A DNA stretch of 64,000 nt from the human T2T-CHM13v2.0 reference genome, Homo sapiens. Position numbers and translations under genes: made by a program. Position 1 is the first letter of the stretch. The number at the start of each line of letters is the position of its first letter. Shown here one piece after another: positions 15,991 through 29,619 of the stretch. The notes beneath the pieces were generated by a model, which made no database searches, was not told the DNA's origin, and saw nothing but the letters and a program-made list of their open reading frames with translations. Where the stretch lies: assembly GCF_009914755.1 (NCBI RefSeq), contig NC_060935.1; one strand, written 5' to 3'.

Positions 15991-17635
15991 TTCCACCTCT
16001 GAGGTTTGAGTGGTTCAGTGGGCCTGTGCAGGGAAACCCAGCCTAGAAAGCAAGCCTTTATAGCTACCTTGGTGTAGAAGATCAGAGGCATATGAGGTGA
16101 GAAACAGGTGACATGTCACGCTCCCTGGAGACAAAATGTCCAGAAAGCTCCTCTAGGCAGCAAATAAAGAAGTTATGAAAAGGAACCGTGGAGAAAAAAG
16201 AGGTGAAGGGAAAAGAAAGGGAATGTTATTCTGACCCACATGCCTCACCGCCAGGGCTGAAGTCACTACTAACAAGGCCATTTAGGAAGAGCAGGCTGGA
16301 GTTGACAGCCTTTCCCCAGGAGTCCTCTGGTTTCCAGGTCCCCCGGTTTGAAGCACTCAGGAACACACTCAGCCCCTGAATCTTCACTCAGTTCCGTGGT
16401 GTTACTGGCAATCGTTGGATATCCCTGGCTGGGGCTCAGCCTCAGCTCCGGTGTCAGCTACATAAGAATCTCAGCATCTTGGGAACGTGAGCTCAACTTG
16501 AAATACACTTCCCTGAAAGGATTACTTTGTTTTGGGACAAGGCTCATATCAATCTGTCCTGCCAAGAGATTACTGCTGTTAAACTGTTGTTTTTCACTGC
16601 TGTCAAACATAATCTTACAAGGAGAGAGAGGGGCAATCACCCTCAACACCCAGCTGCAAGAGAAGACTTTTGACTGGGCAGGACTTTTCCTGGCACTCTC
16701 TGGAGAATAAAAAAGGAATATGTAGAATGGCTGTTGTGTGATTAATGCTTACACCCACAGTGCGGCTGAGCCATTCCCAGGGGTGCACTGAGTGGGATCC
16801 CTCTACATGCAACGACCCTGCTGGCATTTCACAGGTGCCTGTGGAGAAGGCCCATTGAAGACCTGGGGCTGAAAGTGCAGCTCAACTTTGCACATATGCT
16901 TGGATTTCCTCTCTATTCCAAGGCAGACAGTCCTCAGGGTTTGGCCTAACACACAAAGGATGGGAAGAATAAAGAAACGATGTTCCAACAGTATTTCTGC
17001 AGATCTAAGCTACTGAAGGGATGCTGGACCAACCATGATAGATGCTTCCTTTTCCGCAGTGCCTCGAAAAACACTTAGGAGTGTGAAGGAGTGAAATTTT
17101 ATGCTATTGGCCTTGTTCTCATTTACTTTTGATTATTATAAAATTATTCTAACGCAAAACCCATAAAAAATTGGTAACTCAGAATCTCGCCAGATGAACT
17201 GTTACATCGGACTACACTCTAGGAAGAAGTATTAAAAATCAAATATATTAACTTTCCAAGTGTTCATTTCCATCTGTTTTCCCTCTCTGGGACTCAGTTT
17301 CCTACTCTGTACAATTGGGACGGTGACCTACTTTCAAGGACCTTTATAGTTCAAATGCTCTTCGGTTCTGTGAAAAGAAGTCTTACATCATCCCATGGTG
17401 GGCTGCATGTCACATTATCACACAGAGTGGTCCTTGCTTTACAGAAAAATATTCATTTGCTCATTCATTCACCTATCCACTCATTCCACAAACAGTGAGC
17501 ACCTACGATATTCCTCACACTGCTAAAGGCAGAGCTGTAGGGTGAGCTGTGAATAAAGCAAGGTCCTGGCCCTCATGGGGCTTGCATTCTTATGGGAACC
17601 ACACACAGTGAAAGATTTAAACATATATAGTGTAA

Positions 17636-18025
17636 CCTGAAGTGATGTAAGCCAGGCACAGAAAGACAAATACCACATGGTCTCACTTACATGTGAACTC
17701 TAAAGAGCTGAATTCATAGAAACACTGAGTAAAATAGTGGCTAACAGGCTGAAGGGTTGGAGGATTGGGGAGATGTTGGTCAAAGGACACAAAATTTCAG
17801 TTAGGAGGAAGAAGTTCAAAGATCTATTGTATAACATGGTGATTACAGTTAACAACATATTGTATATTTGAAAATTGCTCAGAGTATATTTTAAGTGTTC
17901 TCACCACAAAAAATCATATGTGAGATAAGACATATTTTAAATAGCTTGATTTAGTCATTCCACAATGTAAACATATATCAAAATGTTATGCTGTACCCAA
18001 TAAATCTATATAATTTTGTCAATTA
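17636..18025 (+). mobile_element. L1MA 3' end nested in a minus-strand L2 (~17455-18250)
   Basis: agccaggcacagaaagacaaatac...gtcaattaaaa; 17-bp TSD with 1 mismatch at 17619-17635 and 18026-18042. Confidence 0.85.
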
Positions 18026-20399
18026 AAACAAATATAGTGTAATGTAATATAGTATAATAATAGAATATAAATCAATAGTAAGTGCTATGAAGAAAAATCA
18101 GCAGGATAGGGATTCTGGGACAAGGAATGTTATTTTTTAGACAGGGTGGTCAGGAAAGCCTGAGAAGGTGGCATTTGTGCAGAGACAGTGGAGTAGGGGA
18201 GTGAACCATGCCGGGTAGAGGAAAGAGCAAATGAGAAGGCCTCATATTCAGGCATGTGCTTGGTGTGTAAGGGCACTGGTAGACCAGGGGAACGAGGCTG
18301 TATTCCTGGATGTGGTCTTAGGTTTTGATTCTAAGATGGCTTTAGAGTTTAAGAGCATTCTCAAGAGTCAGTGTTGTGTGCAAGGCTCACTGCTAGGCCC
18401 TGGGAGTACCCAGAGATAAAACACTAGTCTAGTGCTAGAGGACACTCCTAAGGGACATGCACTCATCTACACAAGAGAAGGTACTGACGGTGGAAGGACG
18501 CATGTGCCAAGCATCCAATGCGTGGCGCAGACACTAGTTCTGAAGGAGCTCCAGAGATGGGGACTCGGGCACTGAGAGATGCCTGGGCGAGCAAGGGGAG
18601 TTTAATGTGGACCTGGAGGAAAGGACCAGGCAAACTGAGAGGCAGACTGTTCAGGCAAGGAAGGAGTGAGCAGAGGGAGTCGGCAGAAGTGGGCATGGCC
18701 TAATTGGCAATGGCTTGGTTGGAACAAAAGCATCTCACAGCAGAGCCATGGGAAATAAGAGGTGTGAGGAAGCTAACCCAGGAGGAAGGAAGTGGCCTGA
18801 TTCCTCGAGGCTGGATAAGAAGGCGCTCCTCTGAATTCAAATGAGACTCCATGATCAACATGGTCAGGACTTTGATGCTATTATTCTAGGAAAGGGTTAA
18901 TGGTTTCCCCTTGAGGCGTCATTCTCTAAGTGCTGAAAGGGCTGTATACCTCACAGGCCACTAGGCCCCACCTGCCCCAGAGGCCCAGTTAAGGAAGGAT
19001 GGCTGCTTAGCGCTGCCTCCAGGGTGGAGTCTTCTCATGTGAATGGCTGCTCTCCGCACTCTGCCTAAGTCCTCCAGCTGCTCAAGGGCCTTGTGACCAG
19101 AAATCACCTTTCTGAAAGCCAACCTGACTGGCCCAGGAGTGAGCCCATCTCCATCCCAGCCTGTGTCTTCCTGTCCCTACTCCTGAGTATGAAGATGTGC
19201 AAGACCCTAACTTACTGGAGCACGGCTTGGAGCCTCGGGCATCAGACCCTGTGTCCACTGAGAACTGTGGATGTGGAATATGCCCAGGACTGCATTCTCA
19301 GCCGTGCCTGCCAGCCGCACACTGGTGCCCGCTTGCTGCACCATCTATGAGATAATGTCTCTCCATTTTGGGATTGTGACATAGTTACATCAGACCTCAA
19401 TGGCCAGTGCTTGCATTCCAGGCCTGAGATCAGTGTGACAGCAGAGAAACCTGAGCCGCGAGGGACATTCTCAGGCTCAAAAATCACAAACCCGACAGGG
19501 AAAGGAATTTGATCAGAAAACGACACCATTTAGGTTATTTTTATGCCTGGATCTGAGCTGCCCTTTAAGCAGAGCCCCTTCTGTCGCAGGACTTTATTAC
19601 CAAGTGACCCCGGCAGATGACTTTCATTTGTTTTTAACTGTAGAACAAGGTCATGTTTGCTTCGGGCATACTACATGGAGTGGACTTTGGGTGACAGGGT
19701 AAGCCCTGGCTCAGGCCTGTTTTTCCATGCACGCAGCATGCAGGCTGACAGGGCAGAGGCCAGGTTCTGAGGCTTTGTAGCAGATGGCCTCCTGTGTGTG
19801 CAGGGAGAACTTCTTCCACTCTTGCACATACGACTCCTAAACCTTCTACCTTTACGGAGGCATATACTGTTGAATGCCACCTAGGCATTCTTTGATCATC
19901 TGAAACTTGCGACTAAGAGGTGGGAAGAGACAACTGTCAACCACTTAGAAGTGACCATTAGTTCCCCGAACAGTCAATCAATTTAGGAATCAAGAAACAT
20001 TTGTGTATCTATTTACTAAGCATTTTTTATGTGCAGGAGAGAGTACAAACCAACATGCAACATAGTCTTCATTCTTAAAAAGTACATAGTAAAGGTATGA
20101 AAAACATTTGTATTCAGAGAAGTCTAAGACAAATGGTCAAATATTCAAATGGCCTGGCACTAGTGGTAATTCCAGCAGACAAACAGCATGAGAAAAGGCC
20201 GGGAGACAGTAATAAATACGTGCCCATTGCAATGAGTTACCCAATCAAGCCCTTTTACCTCCTTAAGATGGCAGATTAGAAGACCCTCTTCCCCAGGAGA
20301 GTGGGAGCGTCTGCCTTCGGGCTGTCAGTAATATTAAATAAGAGTGCTTGATTTATAAATTTTAAAAACATAAGAAGGTTTGACATTCTGCCCAGAGCA

Positions 20400-21050
20400 A
20401 CGGAGGGCAGCGTGGTTTACCAGCGAAAGGACTGAACAGAGTGCCAGGAGCCCTTAGCTCTAGACTTACTGAACAGAAAGACCTTGGGTGAACTTTTCAT
20501 TGAAACACTGAAGGCTTTAGGTTCATACCTGTATACGAAGGATAGTCCTGGTGTGGGGCAGCAGAAATGCCACTGAGCTAGAAGCTGGAAGACCCAGGTC
20601 CTGGCTTTGCTAATAATAATGACATTTATTATGCACTGTGTGCTAGAGGTTGTTCTTAAACGTATGAGCTCATTTAGCTCCCGTGCCCACCCAATCTCTG
20701 TGAGGAAAGCTCTATTCTTATGAGCATTTAATGGACAAGGAAACTAAGCCACAGAGGTGTGAAATCCCTTTCCTAAGGCCAGACAGCTAACTACTGACAG
20801 AGCTGGAATTCTGCCTGGTTGGTTGTCGGCATAACCCATGTTCTTAATCCCCGTGCTGCTGCCTCCCAATAAACTGGGTGAGTGATCCTGGGCAAAAGAC
20901 AAGCTCTCTGCATTTCAGTTTCCTCTTCAGTAAAATGAGGACATGAGTATTAATAACTTGCCAAATTACCTTAAACAGTGATTGTCAAGATCTAAATAAG
21001 ACATTGGATATGAAATACTTTGTGATATAGAAAGTCCTATACATGTGTGA
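20400..21050. mobile_element. Cluster of three MIR fragments (+,-,+)
   Basis: MIR cores such as ggaaactaagccacagaggtgtgaaat and tcagtttcctcttcagtaaaatgagg. Confidence 0.6.
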
Positions 21051-24000
21051 AGTCTTTTCCTCAGAGGAATGATGAAAAGATGAAATGAGATGGCTGATGG
21101 GAAACGCTCTGGGACATGAACATAAAAGTGCGACCTAGATGATCAGTGCCACCACCATCCTGGGAAAAGCTAACTGGCGGTGAGCAGGCTCTTGGACTCC
21201 ATGAAAATTTAAGGATGTGGCTTCTTTTTCATATCTGTATGGTATCTTTACTCAACTTGATTTTGGCAGGTTTAAAGAGGAAAAATGAAGGATAGGAAGT
21301 TTTTATCCTAGAAGCCTAGAGAAAGTGAAGTATATTCCTTTCAAGAAGAGAATCCCCGGGTTTCTTTCCTTTCTTCCTTCCTTAAATTGAGACCCAAATG
21401 AGGTGGAAGAAAATCTCTACTGAGATGAGATGCATTTTTAGGACAAACATGGAGACCATCATCGTTGTTCCGGAATCTGGCCATGTGCTAAGAGACAGCT
21501 TCTGCTCCCTATCTGATATTACCAAGCTGGACAGCATCTTTTCTATGATCCAGTTCAACTTCTTTGTATGGAAGAAACTGAGGTCCAGGGAAGTGAAGAG
21601 ATCGGTCCAAGATCACTGGAACCCATGACTACAAGGCAGCTCTTGCGATGCCAGGCAAATGTGTGTTCCTCCCCATTTCACTGCCTTTCCTTTGGGTGGC
21701 TTTGGGGGGAGTGAAATTTTTATGAGAACCCACATCATAATCCTGTGACAATGCCAAAGAACGAAATGATTTTTTAAAAAATCTCTTCTCTGAAATGGCT
21801 TCTCTGCCTTCATATTGCCTGAAGAGTTAAACAGACACAATCTGGATGAGTCTCAAAGATAGTAAGAATCACCTGTTTTCTCGTGGTAAGAAGGTGCTTC
21901 CAGAAGGCTGATTTTTCACTTCTCATGCCTTCCCTTTTCACACACTGGGGGCAGACACTCTCTCCTACTGACAGGAAGAGAATTAGCCTCCTTTGGTGTT
22001 ACTGCTCCTTCCCACTTTAGCTCAGCATTATACACACAAAACGGGTGGGTGCGGAGCCCTTTCACCAGGAACTGGGTTGCAAAGTCTGTTAGTGGAAAAA
22101 AAAGCAACACCCTTCTTGAGCCCGTAATTTATCAGATTTTTTTTCCTGTGGCGATACAGAGGCCCCTTCACCCCAGCAACCAAGAGGCTACAGCTGGATA
22201 TGTGCTTATGAGATGGGTCATAGTTAAGAGCTGCCAGCCTGGGGTCTGTTTCTGGGACATTTCCACCTTAGATTAGACAGGCATTGGAGTCAGGAGCTAG
22301 CTGGTTACTGTAGCAACAGGCCTTCAAAGCTTCACATTTCAAATGGAAGCTGCTACGCTATGAAACTTGCTCAGGACACCCTTTTTCTCAGTTTGAGGTT
22401 AAGTACTCCTCCGCCCCCCACCCCCCGACCACACCCCATGCCCAGTATACTCTTAGAGCAGAGAGGAGGTCTGGAGGAGACAAGGGCCTAAGGCTTCACC
22501 CTTGCTCACTTGGAACTAGGCATTCTTGCTGTCATCTGGTTTAGTCAAGGGGGTTGTGAGGCGTGTGGGCTCCATTGTGAGTGTAGGAAAGATGGAAAGA
22601 AAATTGCCAGATGGGGATGAGGATTCCAAGCCTATCAGGAGGAAAGAAATATGTTACTCACTGCCACAAGAAGGTTGCCAACGTCATTTATGGATCAGCA
22701 ACTGCTTGTAGGCAAAGTCTGTTACATGCCTGTCACTGGGCTATGCACCCGAGGATGGAGGCACTAGCTGAGGCTTACGAGTTAGAATAGATAAGGAGAA
22801 AATTGTCTGCCATGGTATATGCTGGAAAAACTCTGGGAAACAAGACAATCTGCCTCCAAGGGATTAACAGCCCAGTAGGGAAGACAGACCAACAGGCAAA
22901 CCCTAAGGGCGGGTTAGAAAGAAGCTTGACTAGTGTAGGTGCTTCAAAATGAAGACAGCTGTGTATGTCTCAGTCAAGCTGTGTGGGTCCAGCCAATTTA
23001 AGATAAACTCTGTTTAATTACATTTTACGTTTTAAAAGGAAACTTCTTCATTACATTGCCTATCAGTGCAGTTAAGTAAAAAGGCACATGGAACTATATG
23101 AACAGATGCCATTAACAGGTTTTTGCTTTTACATATCATCTTTCCCATTTGAGCATTAATTACTCAGTATTTTCTCATCAGTTTTCAGAAAGTTTTTCGA
23201 GGATAAACTTGTAGAGGGATTTGGGGAGAGGAAGCTTTATTGGGATCTCTAGGGGCTATTTTATATTTTCCAATGTCTGAACTGTTTTTACAACAGATTT
23301 TCCACAGAAAGCTCAACAAGTCACTAAACTTTCTGAGTCTCAGAATCTGGGACTTAAAATCAGGGGAAGAGATGTGAATGGCTAAACTTTCTAGTTGTGT
23401 GAATAGTTTGCAACATATAAAGAATTGGTCAAAATGTTTATTCTTAGGGTCGGTAGTTATTCTGACTTCACAGAAGGGAATATCTGGCCAACTTTCCTCA
23501 CAGAATATCAATTGTGGAATCAAGTATAGGGAATATCATGCATTTAAGGTTCACATATAGCCTTAAGTTGATGTCCATATTGATTTAACTATCAAAAAGG
23601 CAATTAGATTAGTGGGGTAGCCAAGTCACCCACAAAGACTGATGAGCTGATATAGAAAAAAAAAAAGGAATAAAGAAAAAGCAATTGTGAAGTTCCATGA
23701 GAACAGGAGAAATGACAGATATGAAGAGTTTTTTGAATAAAGTTTCTTCTCTGTTGCTATTTAGTTTTAACAAAGGAGTTTCAGAAATGAACATAGAGAA
23801 GCAATTGGGTGAGGCTCCCTGCTAGATGAAGAAAACTTCTATCACTTGGGAAAAATCCACAGAAATCCTAATCCTATTAAAAACTTAGGTCATTCCACCC
23901 CAACAGTACTCTTTCTTCCATGTCCAAAACCATACGTGGAGCTTGCTTGTGTTTCAATACAAGCTCTTGCCTCAGTCCTCTCCAGATTGCTAAAAGGAGG

Positions 24001-26917
24001 TGTATAACCCTGCTCTTCAGCAGAAAGACCGCAGGTATTCCCGCCGCATCCACATATGCACACTTACTTCCCTTGGATGTGTGGCAACGAGCTCTGCTGC
24101 TGCAAGTGTTATATGCCATCCGCAAACCCACATGGGTGCAGGGTGCACACCTGAACAGGGGGTAGCCTCTGATGAAACATTTGAGCAATGGATTTCTTTA
24201 CCTCACCCAAACAGATCCACTGAAAAGGAAACTTTTTGGGTTCCCACCCACACGCAAGATGTACAAAGCTGTCTGGGGCAGGTCTGGTACAGACTAGCCA
24301 GTGCCCTCCACTGGAATAAGTGGTTAATCTCAAAGAGGTTTACGGTGGTTTCTCCACATATCTTCACCCTTCAAGCCTTTCCATAAAAGTCACCAGCACC
24401 CTGTCTCTGGGATGTGGAAGGTTGGGAGAAAGGAATCAACAAAATGAAAGTAACAGTATCAAGATCCAGACTTATTCACAAATTTTGCCTCTTAAATAAA
24501 CATAATCTTTAATTAAGTAAACTTTAATATTTATTTTGTACCTATCATGCACTAGGTATATACATATAGTTGGGGGGGGGCATAAGGACATAATAGGACT
24601 AAAAAAGATAAAAGATATGTTCGTTGCCCTTGAAGAATTATAGTCTCTTACTGAGGACTTCATATACATGCACATTGACTAGAGAGGCAGTGTAAATAAC
24701 TGAAAAGAAAGTGGGAAGAGTTTTGGCTGGTGCAATCAGACAGTGCTTCTTGAAAATGGAACTTGAATTGGTCCTTATGGGCAGAGGTAGCCTACTTGCC
24801 CAGCTGGAGAAGAGAAAGTAATCTACCACGTGGAAGGAAGGACATGAACAAAAAAATGAAAGCAGGAAGGAACATGGTGGTTTGGGCAGAATAAAAAATC
24901 CCTAGATTTTTTTGGAAGTTTCTCGTCTAACCTCCTGCCTAAACCATCTATAATACATTCTGTCCCCAAGAAAATGCTCTACTGCCAACTAAGCCCATGT
25001 GATTCTCCTAGAGATGCATGAGTCCTTAATGAAAGCTGCCCTCACTATTCTTGAAAAAGCCACTTGCATTTATAGATAACAGAGGGTAAACTTTAAACAC
25101 AACTGCATAAAGTGGCAAGGAACTGGCCTGCCGTCAGCTCACTGAATTTGGATTCCATGCAAGCAGGATGTGTAAAGGAGGTAAACTCCAAAAGTGTTTT
25201 TCCTCCCTTAATAAGGTCTATTCTTCTTGGTGTCAAGGTATGAAAAGCAGTATTTCATATCAACGTTCATGGTTAATCTTTTTGATAGTTACAGGAGCAG
25301 GATGATTCTTCACCCAGGGGCACGGGCAAAAGGGCTGATTACCTATGCTCACAAGTCACCAAATCCAGTTCAACACAGTATAAACAAGCCATTGCTTCTG
25401 TCGACATTTGAGTCCTTTTGTCTGCAATCAGGGAGTTCTGTGTTTATCTAGCTACGTCTTTACTCTCATGGGTTAATCAAAGTTTCTGGAAGTAATCACA
25501 GCCAACTCTTCTTTGCTTATAACAGGGTGCAGCAGTAACATGGAACATAAGGTGGGAAAAAAGACAAAAGTGTGGATGATTCATACATTATTCACAAACT
25601 TACCTTCTTAGTCACTACAACACTTTAATATTAAAATTAGCTTACACTTCCTAAACAAACACTGACTGGTGACAAAGGGATTGGGTTAAAAGGAGCAGAT
25701 AATGTCACTTCAAGAAATGTTTTCTAAGTTTGGATCTTGATTACTGTTACCTTCGTTTTGTTTTTTTAATTCTCCCCTCCTAAGCTTCCGCATCCCAGAG
25801 ATGGTGTGCTGGGGGCTTTCACGGAAGCGCTTGCAGGTAAGGCTTGGAGAAGTGAAGACAGGTGGAAAAACCAGGTTTCATCAAGCTGTTGAAGAGACAT
25901 CAAAGCCAGGAGTAATTCTCTGCATCCTGTCACATGCTTGTTTCTGCCTCCAAGAAAGCAGAGTTAAAATGGACTTTCAGACCAGAGACAGGTGAGGATG
26001 ACAGTGAGGCAGTGCAAAGGCTCCGCAAGTCTGAAAATAGCATAGTGTGTCTGCCAAGGTCTGCGGGTGCCCAAATTTCCCCCACCGCTTCACGGTGGCC
26101 TTGGCTTTACACACTGTTGCTACCAAGTCACAGAAGGAAAAAGATTCTGATGATTTTCACTTGTTTCACGCTTGACAATTAAAACATTCTTCTGGATTTC
26201 CTTTTTTTTTTTCTCTCTTAAACCAGTCAATGTTGTCTTTGTGTAATAAGAAATATCAGGTAAGTCTTAGGATGTGGACATCATGTTTGGGGCAATGTCT
26301 CCCTCACCGCCTCTCTCATCCTTTATACCATAAAAGAGTGATGGCAATATGCTAGCTGAAATTCACCCTTCGATGGTTTCATTTTCTTGTCTACAAAGGC
26401 AGGGTGAGCGACTGCTGCCCTGTGATTTCTGGCACTCCCAGTGGAAAGGAAGCAGAGGGGCCAAGTTATGGCAGAGTGCACCCAGTTAGGCCTTCGACTA
26501 CAAAAGTATCATGGTTTCCCTTCCTCCCCAGTTACCATTCTTTCCCTGGTTCCCATCCCCTTCCACATCCAGCAGTGTGGGCTAACCTTCCTTTCCTCAT
26601 CCTGGGAAAACACATCTTGCTCCAGTGCAAAGTTAGACTGGACAAACAGCCGGTGTGGAGGGGGCTGTGGGAGGTACGGCTTGCCAGGACAACTTGGCTG
26701 AATGGGTTCCTGAAACAAGGCATCTCCAAATGCTCCCTGCCCCTCAAACAGCAGAGGAGTGTGATAATCATGCTGTCAACATTTTTAGAGCATAGCACTT
26801 ACACTTTTACTAGGCCTCACTCCGGACCTATTGAATCAAAATTTGCATTTTAACCCGATCCCACGTGAATCACACACACATTAAAATTTGGTAAGCAGTA
26901 TTCTAACTCACTAGACC

Positions 26918-27132
26918 GCAGGTCCACAAACTGACTCATGGGACAAACCCGGCCAGCTGCCTATTTTTGTAAATCAAGTTTTATTGGAACACAGCCACAC
27001 TTGTTTATGAATTGTCTACAACTGTTTTTACGCTACAGTGGAAAAGCTGAGTAGTTACAACAGAGACCATACTGCTGCAAAACCTAGTATTTAGTCTCCA
27101 GACCTTTACAGAGAAAGTTTGCTGGCTCCTAT
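26918..27132 (+). mobile_element. MER58A hAT MITE, preceded by a MER5-like fragment (~26790-26905)
   Basis: gcctatttttgtaaatcaagttttattggaacacagccac...ctttacagagaaagtttgc. Confidence 0.8.
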
Positions 27133-27341
27133 ACTAGACTGTAGACTCCTTAAAAGTGAGAACCTGATCTTGTTCTGCTTTGTAAGGTAGAAGGGCAGTT
27201 TAGTATAGTGGATATACTACGTAGACTCAGAGGCAGACTGACATGGTTTGTATCTAGGCTCTGCCACTCCCTTGCAAATGACTGTGGGTAAGACATAACC
27301 ACTCTGTGCCTCATGTTCCCCACCTAGAAAATGGGGATATA

Positions 27342-27406
27342 TTAGATTGGTGCAAAAGTAATTGCATTAAAATGGCAAAACTCCAATTACTTTTGCACCA
27401 ACCCAC
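27342..27406. mobile_element. MADE1 (Hsmar1 MITE) inserted in a MIR (~27190-27500)
   Basis: Inverted TIRs ttggtgcaaaagtaattg / caattacttttgcaccaa after TA. Confidence 0.9.
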
Positions 27407-27574
27407 TACATCAGAACCTACCTTTAAGGGTTGATTTGTGGGTTAAATAAGTGAAGATATGTAAAGACTTTAAGTAATGCTCTCAGAAGATGTTAACTAT
27501 TAGCTGGTACCAGGCATTTTGGGAGTAGATAGGGGATCTGCTGAATGTTGGCAGAATGACCCATCCCTAGAGCA

Positions 27575-28390
<816 letters not shown>

Positions 28391-28534
28391 ATATAGCCAG
28401 GGACCATAGTTACACATATTTTTACTTCCTCCAGGACCTAACAACTGGTGTTGTGTGCTATGAGCAAAGGAAGAGCAGTAGCTGGAAATGAATAACCTGG
28501 GTAGGACACAGGAAGACTCAGAAATGTTCTAGGC

Positions 28535-29285
28535 TATGCAAATCAAAACCATGAGATAGTAATATCACCTAATACCTTTTAAGATGCCATTATGAAAAAA
28601 CAAAACATTACAAGTGTGGGAGAGGATGTGGAGAAACTGGAACCCTTGTACATTGTTGGTGGGAATGTAAAATGGTCTAGTCACTATGGAAAACAGTATG
28701 AAGGTCTTCAAAGAATTAAAAACAGAACAATATATGATCCAGCAATCCTACTTCTGGGTATTTATCTAAAATAATTAAAAGCAGGGCCTCGAAGAAACAG
28801 TCACACTCCCATGTTCACTGCAGCATTATTTTCAACAATCAAGGCGCGGAGCCAACCTAAATGTCCCTCAATGAATGAACAAAGAAAATGTGGCACAGCC
28901 ATACAATGGAATGTTTTCAGCCTTAAAAAGAAAATTCTGTCACATGCTGTAACGTGGATGAACCTGGAGGACATTATGCTAAGTGAAATAAGCCAGTCAA
29001 AGGACAAACACTGCATGATTCCACTTATATGAGGCGTTCAAAGTAGTCAAACTCACAGAAGCAGAAAGTAGAACAGTGATTGCCAGAGGCTGGTGGGAGG
29101 GGAAACGAGGAGTGGCTGTTCAATGGGTATAAACTTTTGGTTATGCAAGATGAAAAACTTGTAGCAGTCTGCTACAAAGCACTGTGCTGCTTCTAGTTAA
29201 TAATGTACCGTCTCAAAATAAATAAATAATGTACTGTACACTTAAGAGGGTAGATCTCACATTATGTGTTTCTTTACAACAATAA
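28535..29285 (+). mobile_element. L1MA/L1MB 3' region
   Basis: atgcaaatcaaaacc...gatgtggagaaactggaaccc...; ORFs 28592 and 28811 resemble the L1 ORF2 C-terminus. Confidence 0.85.
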
Positions 29286-29364
29286 GAAAATCACCTTGTA
29301 AACTGGAAATTTCCAAAATGGAAATTGGAGTAGCTTGTATTGATTTTAAAATTTATACATGCTC

Positions 29365-29601
29365 TCACTCATAGGTGGGAATTGAACAATGAGAACACTT
29401 GGACACAGGAAGGTGAACATCACACACTGGGGCCTGTTGTGGGGTCGGGGGAGGGGGAAGGGATAGCATCAGGAGATATACCTAATGTAAATGACGAGTT
29501 AACGGGTGCAGCACACCAACACGGCACATGTATACATATGCAACAAACCTGCATGTTGTGCACATGTTCTCTAGAACTTAATGTATAATAATAATAAAAA
29601 T
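29365..29601 (+). mobile_element. Short 5'-truncated L1PA 3' end
   Basis: tcactcataggtgggaattgaacaatgagaac...A-rich tail; perfect 17-bp TSD aaaatttatacatgctc at 29348-29364 and 29602-29618. Confidence 0.93.
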
Positions 29602-29619
29602 AAAATTTATACATGCTCC

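Noticed and set aside
25780-25845. Plus-strand mini-exon (cag|gtaagg) antisense to the UTR
   Set aside because: Isolated splice-like motif with no partner exons identified
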